From Podarcis liolepis (Eukaryota), in NCBI GenBank assembly GCA_965112155.1, contig OZ218101.1: 64,000 nucleotides of DNA; one strand, written 5' to 3'. Positions within the stretch are counted from its first letter, which is position 1; each line of letters opens with the position of its first letter. Under the pieces are notes generated by a model. That model was not told where the DNA came from. It saw nothing but the letters and a program-made list of their open reading frames with translations, and did no database searches. A program made the translations under genes and the position numbers. Below, piece after piece: positions 58,596-64,000 of the stretch.

Positions 58596-59240
58596 TTATT
58601 TATACCCCGCCCTCCCCAGCTCAGAGCGGCTTACAAGCAATAATAAAAACAAGATGAATGATTACAACTTAAAAACAAAAATAAAATACAACATTAAAAT
58701 ATTGGAACATTAAAATATTAAAATGTAGCCTCATCGCAGGAGGAGAAGGAAAAGAAAAAAGAAAGAGAGGGAGGGAGGGAATCAAATTGGCTCCAAGCCA
58801 AAGGCCAGGCGGAACAACTCTGTCTTACAGGCCCTGCGGAAAGAAATCAGATCCTGCAGGGCTCTGGTCTCATGAGGCAGAGCGTTCCACCAAGCCGGAG
58901 CCAGAGTTGAAAAGGCCCTGGCTCTGGTTGAAGCCAATCTAACTTCCTTACGGCCCGGGACCACTAGGGTGTTGCTATTTATGGACCTTGAGGCTCTCCG
59001 TGGGGCATACCGAGAGAGGCGGTCCATAGGTACGAAGGTCCTAGGCCGTGAAGGGCTTTAAAGGTCAAAAGCAGCACCTTAAATCTGACCCTGTACTCCA
59101 CCGGGAGCCAGTGCAGCTTGAAAAGCACTGGGTGAATATGCTCCCATAGCAGAGACCCCGTGAGGAGCCTCGCTGCAGCATTCTGCACCCTCTGGAGTTT
59201 CTGGGACAGCTTCAATGGCAGCCCCACGTAGAGCGAATTA
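58538..59240 (-). mobile_element. L2-like LINE 3' end with (TTA)n tail
   Basis: GLPLKLSQKLQRVQNAAARLLTG..LHWLPV..FKVLLLTFKAL..RAFSTLAPAWWNALP; (TAA)n run at 58538-58594. Confidence 0.88.
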
Positions 59241-60407
59241 GTTAGACTGTTGGACTAAGACTAGAGAGACCCAGGCTCAAATTCTTTGTCTTGAAGCTCC
59301 CGGGTGACCAGGGGCCTTCATTCTCAGCTTCACAGGAGGATAAATTGCAGGAGGTAGAATCAAGTAATGCTTTAAGCTCAGGGAAGGGCTGAATATAAAT
59401 GTAATTGATAAATACTCAAATTTAGCATAGGAAGTGCCATAAAGGACATGCAGGAATGGCAGTGCACCGTGTTTTAGGATCTGTGACAGCCTTTAATTTT
59501 GAGAGCAATATAGTTTTCTGGAAATGAGCTTAATTGAAGCAGATGTGATGCCATGATTATCTATTTATGGCATTTTAAGATTAATGGTACTGAAGAACAT
59601 ATAAGCAATATGATACCCAGCCATACCCACAGCACAGGCAAGCCAAAATGTGCTGATTTTAAGCCAAATTGCATCCAATCCTTTTGTCAGGAAGATTGTG
59701 AACTGTGCTGTTGGAACTGCATGCCACAGGGTTTTCCATGTTTAGGAAATGAGAGAAAAAGAAGAAGCCTGACATGGGAGGAACTGCATCTCTAAAATAG
59801 CTGCCAAAAAGGGGATTCAAACTGCCCAAAGGAAATGATAAAATCAGGGTTGTCTCTAATATTAGGTAAAGGGAAGCGACCACTTCGGGCAGCAGACACT
59901 GATGGTGGGAGCAGCAAGGGCAGCCCTTTGGCTATCCCCCAGCTGCATATGTTTTACTGTCTGTCCTGGCTATTGTACACAATCCTGTTGCCCTCAGATG
60001 CAGTGGAAGATGGAACACCATCCCATCAACACGGCTGAAGTAAGATTCAAGCGCTAGTCCACTTGGCTTCTGCACATGGTGTGGACAGAGGAGGGGTGCC
60101 ATCTTATGCACAACCTCGGGGGGGGGATGCATTGTGTTGCAGAACTGTTTTTCTTTGTGTTGTGTGTTAAAATATATATTGTCCGCTGCCATGAGCTCTG
60201 GAGATGTGGTAGGATATAAATCCAATCAGGGGTTCCCAAAGTGTGGTCTGCAGACCACCAGTGGTCCACAGGCTTTATTCAGGCAGAAAAATAATTAAGT
60301 TGTTTAAACAAATCCCTCAGCAATTTTCAAGTGGTCCATGGCAGGGAACATTTGGTCGCTACTGATCTAAACTGTAAAAAATGCAAGCATTTGGGAAAGA
60401 GTACTGG

Positions 60408-60731
60408 CAGGGCCAGCCCACACATAGGGCAAGGTGAGGCAACCGCCTCAGGAGGCAGAATCCACAGGGAAAGCAGATCCAGCCTCCAAGGAATGCATTG
60501 CCTGCTGTCACTGCCACTGCCACAGTGGTGCAGGATCTGTCTCCCCAGCAGCACCCCTAATGCCACCTCTACAACAGTCTATTGAATAGTAGGAGGAATT
60601 GCTGGCTTCCTTGTTCTCAATGTAGATCTTTATTCCCCTGTTGTTCCCAATGTAGATCTTTATTCTCCCCTTGTTCCTGATGTAGATTTTGTGGTTTGCC
60701 TCAGGTGCCAACCTGTCTTGGGCCAGCTCTG
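60408..60731. mobile_element. hAT-like MITE with an internal 3x ~30-bp tandem repeat
   Basis: Ends CAGGGCCAGCCCA / TGGGCCAGCTCTG; degenerate 8-bp TSD; repeat TGTTC..ATGTAGATCTTTATTC. Confidence 0.6.
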
Positions 60732-63700
60732 GGAACTGGATTGGATGGAGAATCAAATTTCTACTACCAGAGCGATTTGGGAAGGGAGGGGAAGTCATTC
60801 TCAGTTTGATTCCCATCAGGGTTACAGGAATTAGCTCCACTGTAGTAATTTGAACATTAAAATCAAGATTTCTTTTGAAATTATTTATCTGATCCTCAAG
60901 GGTGTCTTGAACATTAGACACATATTAGTTAATTTATACTCCATAAAGCTTAACATCCTCATTTTGTACAGTTTTTCTAATCACATTACTCATATCCCGA
61001 TATTTATAGTCTTTTACAAGATAATTTTAGGAAGATAAGAATCAAAATCTCTAGTGCTTTTTAGGATCTTATTTAATCTCATTTATGAATGCATGCAGTT
61101 TCCCCCTAGTCCTTAATCAACATGCAGTAGTGTGTTAGAAGTATTTTCAATAAAGCTTCCACAGTTACATTTTAATTGTTCACTGGTACTGTAAATAGAA
61201 ATTAGACTTAAGACATTTATGGTAATTACGAAGAAATACCCTTTCTGTCACCTATCTATGTAGACCGTTAGTAGGGAGTGTTTTGAGTGCACTGCGAGGT
61301 TTTAGAGGAAAATAAGCAGAGTGAAGAACCCAGCCATTGAGGCTGCAGTCCTGTATATCCTTATGTAGGAATAAGCATAACTGAGCTTACTTCTGAGCAA
61401 ATGTGTATATGATTGTGCTGATAGTTGTTTCTGACCTACTATTATTACTGTAGTTTCATGTATGAACTGCTTCCCAGGATTCATCTTGATCTCAAAGTGA
61501 CTTTACAATACTATATATATAACCAACTGCATTTATGGAAAACGTTGCATATAAAAACAATTGCATATATAAAAAGAATTTCAAATCTAATAAAGATAGC
61601 AATTGGGATAAAAATGTCCACTTAGAAGGCTTGTTGAAAGAGAATAGCAGGTGCTAAAAAGACAATAGAGATGGTGCCTGTCTGATAGACCAAAGGCCTG
61701 ATTCTGACACAGTTCGGAACACACATCGTGATAAGATGGTATCTGTAGGACGCCCTCCTGCAAAGCACAGTGATCAGTTGAATATACATTTCTTGACACA
61801 CCCCCACCTCCACCAGCCAGGGATTATTGACCCATTCACTGCTACTTTAGGACTCAGAGATAGTTGGAGGACTATGATTGAAGTGCACAGCACACCTTCC
61901 TGTTAACAAGCAGATTTAATGAACATTGATTAGAACACATACCAAGTCAATAGTGGTCAGAACTGATTGCTCTCAATTAAAAGGGGGAGGGGAGAAAACA
62001 GATCAAATAAGAAATGCACAAAGTTTTAACCACCTATTCTTGCAAACCACAAAGGGCCAGCCGATCCAAATGCCACTACTCCATGCACTTCGTTCTGCAG
62101 AGACACTGTACATTCACACTTGTATTTGAATATCGTTTATTCTACGAGTAACGAGGCACCTTGCCCTTTGTTTGCCATTCAAATTCTAGCTCTAATAGCT
62201 TTTTGTTTGCATTTTGCAGGGGGAGGGCATAATCTTTGGGTATGACTAGTACTTTTAACATGCTGTTTATGAGAAAAGAAGGCAGAGTGCCTGGCATAAT
62301 CTGTAACCTGCCTCTGTTAGTGCTCCACTTCCAGATTTCCTTTGAAGAATCTCGTACTTCTTTTGACCTGTGTCAAAGTCTCAGATTATTGCTGTTTCTG
62401 GCTGTTGCTCACCCACCTCTTCCCCTGTCAAGAAGTTTTACTGCCAAGGTAAATTTGTGCTTCCTCCTGCCAGACACTTTACCTAATTTTGTCTCAGAGC
62501 CTTGGCTACTTCACAACCCTGGCTCACAACCCCATACCCCTTCAGCACACTACATCAACTTTATTTATGCACAGATGCAATTGCCCAAATTCATCGATTG
62601 TTAAGAAAATCAAAGACCCTGAACCTCAAATTCCAGGGTGGGGCATGTGCATTTGTTTGGAACATAAAGATTAATTAAGCAAACACTGAGAAATTAAACT
62701 GAGATGAAACGTCGCAGGAGTGCTACCCCCATTCCTGCTACTCATGCACACATGGAAGTATTCCATTGAACGTCCCATTTAGGTGGAAATAATCTAAAAT
62801 TCAATCTATTCTACACCTCCACAGTAGACAGAAAATCGGTCTGTCTACATTTTCTGCTCCTGCATTTCAGCATTGTCCTATGTGGACACACCCACACCCT
62901 TATATGCACAAAAAGTGTTCGAGTAACGACAATGGAGATGTGATGATCTAAAATTATAGCAAGGACGGCTTTATCAAGAATCATCTTTTTGCTCTCTTCA
63001 GTCCCATTTTAACAACTTAAATAACTGCTCTGTTTTGTAATTGGTGCTGTTAAAATGTCATGAACTGATCAGACCTGATCGTGTTGCCTAGTAGCTTTCA
63101 GAAGATGGAGCGCTGATTGGAATCCATCTGTGGTTTTGAAGGAAGCCACTCCTGGTTAAACAAAGAGTTCTATGAAAGCTTCCTTAGGAACCGGGAGAAC
63201 AGAATTAAGGGGCATATAATACGTACTGATTTTGGGTAAGTAATGCAGATGCAAATATGTGCCTCGTTACATTAACAAACTGCAACAGCTAGAAGCCATC
63301 CACATGCAGTCAAACGATCTCCTTTCTCAAACTTTGACTTCTGCCTTGTGGATAGATTGACCAGCAGTCTACAAATGACGCACTAAAGATTAAAATGCAA
63401 ACTAAGAGCTAGTTCTCCTCATCGCCTTTTGTCATAATGTAACAGGTGCAGCACTAAACGTGTGCTTCACTTTTGAGGGTAGAAAAAGAGATGTGGAATT
63501 TCTGCCGTGCAAGACTGAACCTGCTGCAACGCAAGCAGAAATGGCACTGAAAGGGAACACACACATTAAGGTCAAAATGGCTTGTTCTGAAAGGGTTGCC
63601 TTATGTTAATACAGTAGTTTAAAAATGAAATTACATGCATTAGGCTGGCACAAAAATGTGGCTGTTGTCTAATATGTAAGAGTAGCAATGAATAACAGAA

Positions 63701-64000
63701 CACCTGGCACCTTGACTATTATTCTGCTGCCAGCTCTGACATTTCTAATAGCATTATGTGGTTGCTGGGGTGTTTGGTTGCTTTTAAAAAATGCGTTTTG
63801 TTCTTTTGTTTTGTTTTTCATTGGGAACAAGTAGATCCTGAAACAAAACATTGCCGTATCCTTTGTCAGAGTTTCAGCCATGTCCTTTTCCAAAATGGTG
63901 AATTACTTTTCCCTTTCCTAGTTTTTCTTTCCCCTCATCAATAGTTGGTCAGCATTTTGTGGCCACTGAGAATGCTCAGTTCCTATTAGGATGGGGTTGT

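Noticed and set aside
61800-64000. Possible GRPR exons or conserved elements beyond AP1S2
   Set aside because: No GPCR-like coding sequence recognised; conservation cannot be judged without alignments

Overview
Vertebrate genomic DNA from a squamate reptile, most likely a lacertid lizard (Sauria SINE, Bov-B LINE and squamate-type MITEs are present). The window is the block syntenic to human Xp22.2. It holds the probable 5' end of CLTRN (minus strand, left edge), a complete 11-exon ZRSR2 (plus, CDS 10517-25684, 466 aa) and a complete AP1S2 (minus, CDS 50430-32673, 157 aa). AP1S2 also has a 9-nt DAK microexon and an alternative terminal exon. No CA5B is seen between CLTRN and ZRSR2. The most unusual feature is a 2.3-kb non-autonomous hAT element (7628-9960, 8-bp TSD GCTGCATT) just upstream of the ZRSR2 promoter. 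Its GC-rich cargo includes a frameshifted fragment of the TAL1/SCL N-terminus, making it a Pack-type gene-capturing DNA transposon, later interrupted by an L1. Other notable elements are a Tc1/mariner-type MITE swollen by a ~1.3-kb array of alternating inverted repeats in ZRSR2 intron 3, a Penelope-type fragment with a minimal hammerhead ribozyme, and a young RT/RNaseH-deleted Ty1/copia element with identical LTRs in AP1S2 intron 1. All calls were read by eye, and protein identities rest on recalled reference sequences rather than database searches.
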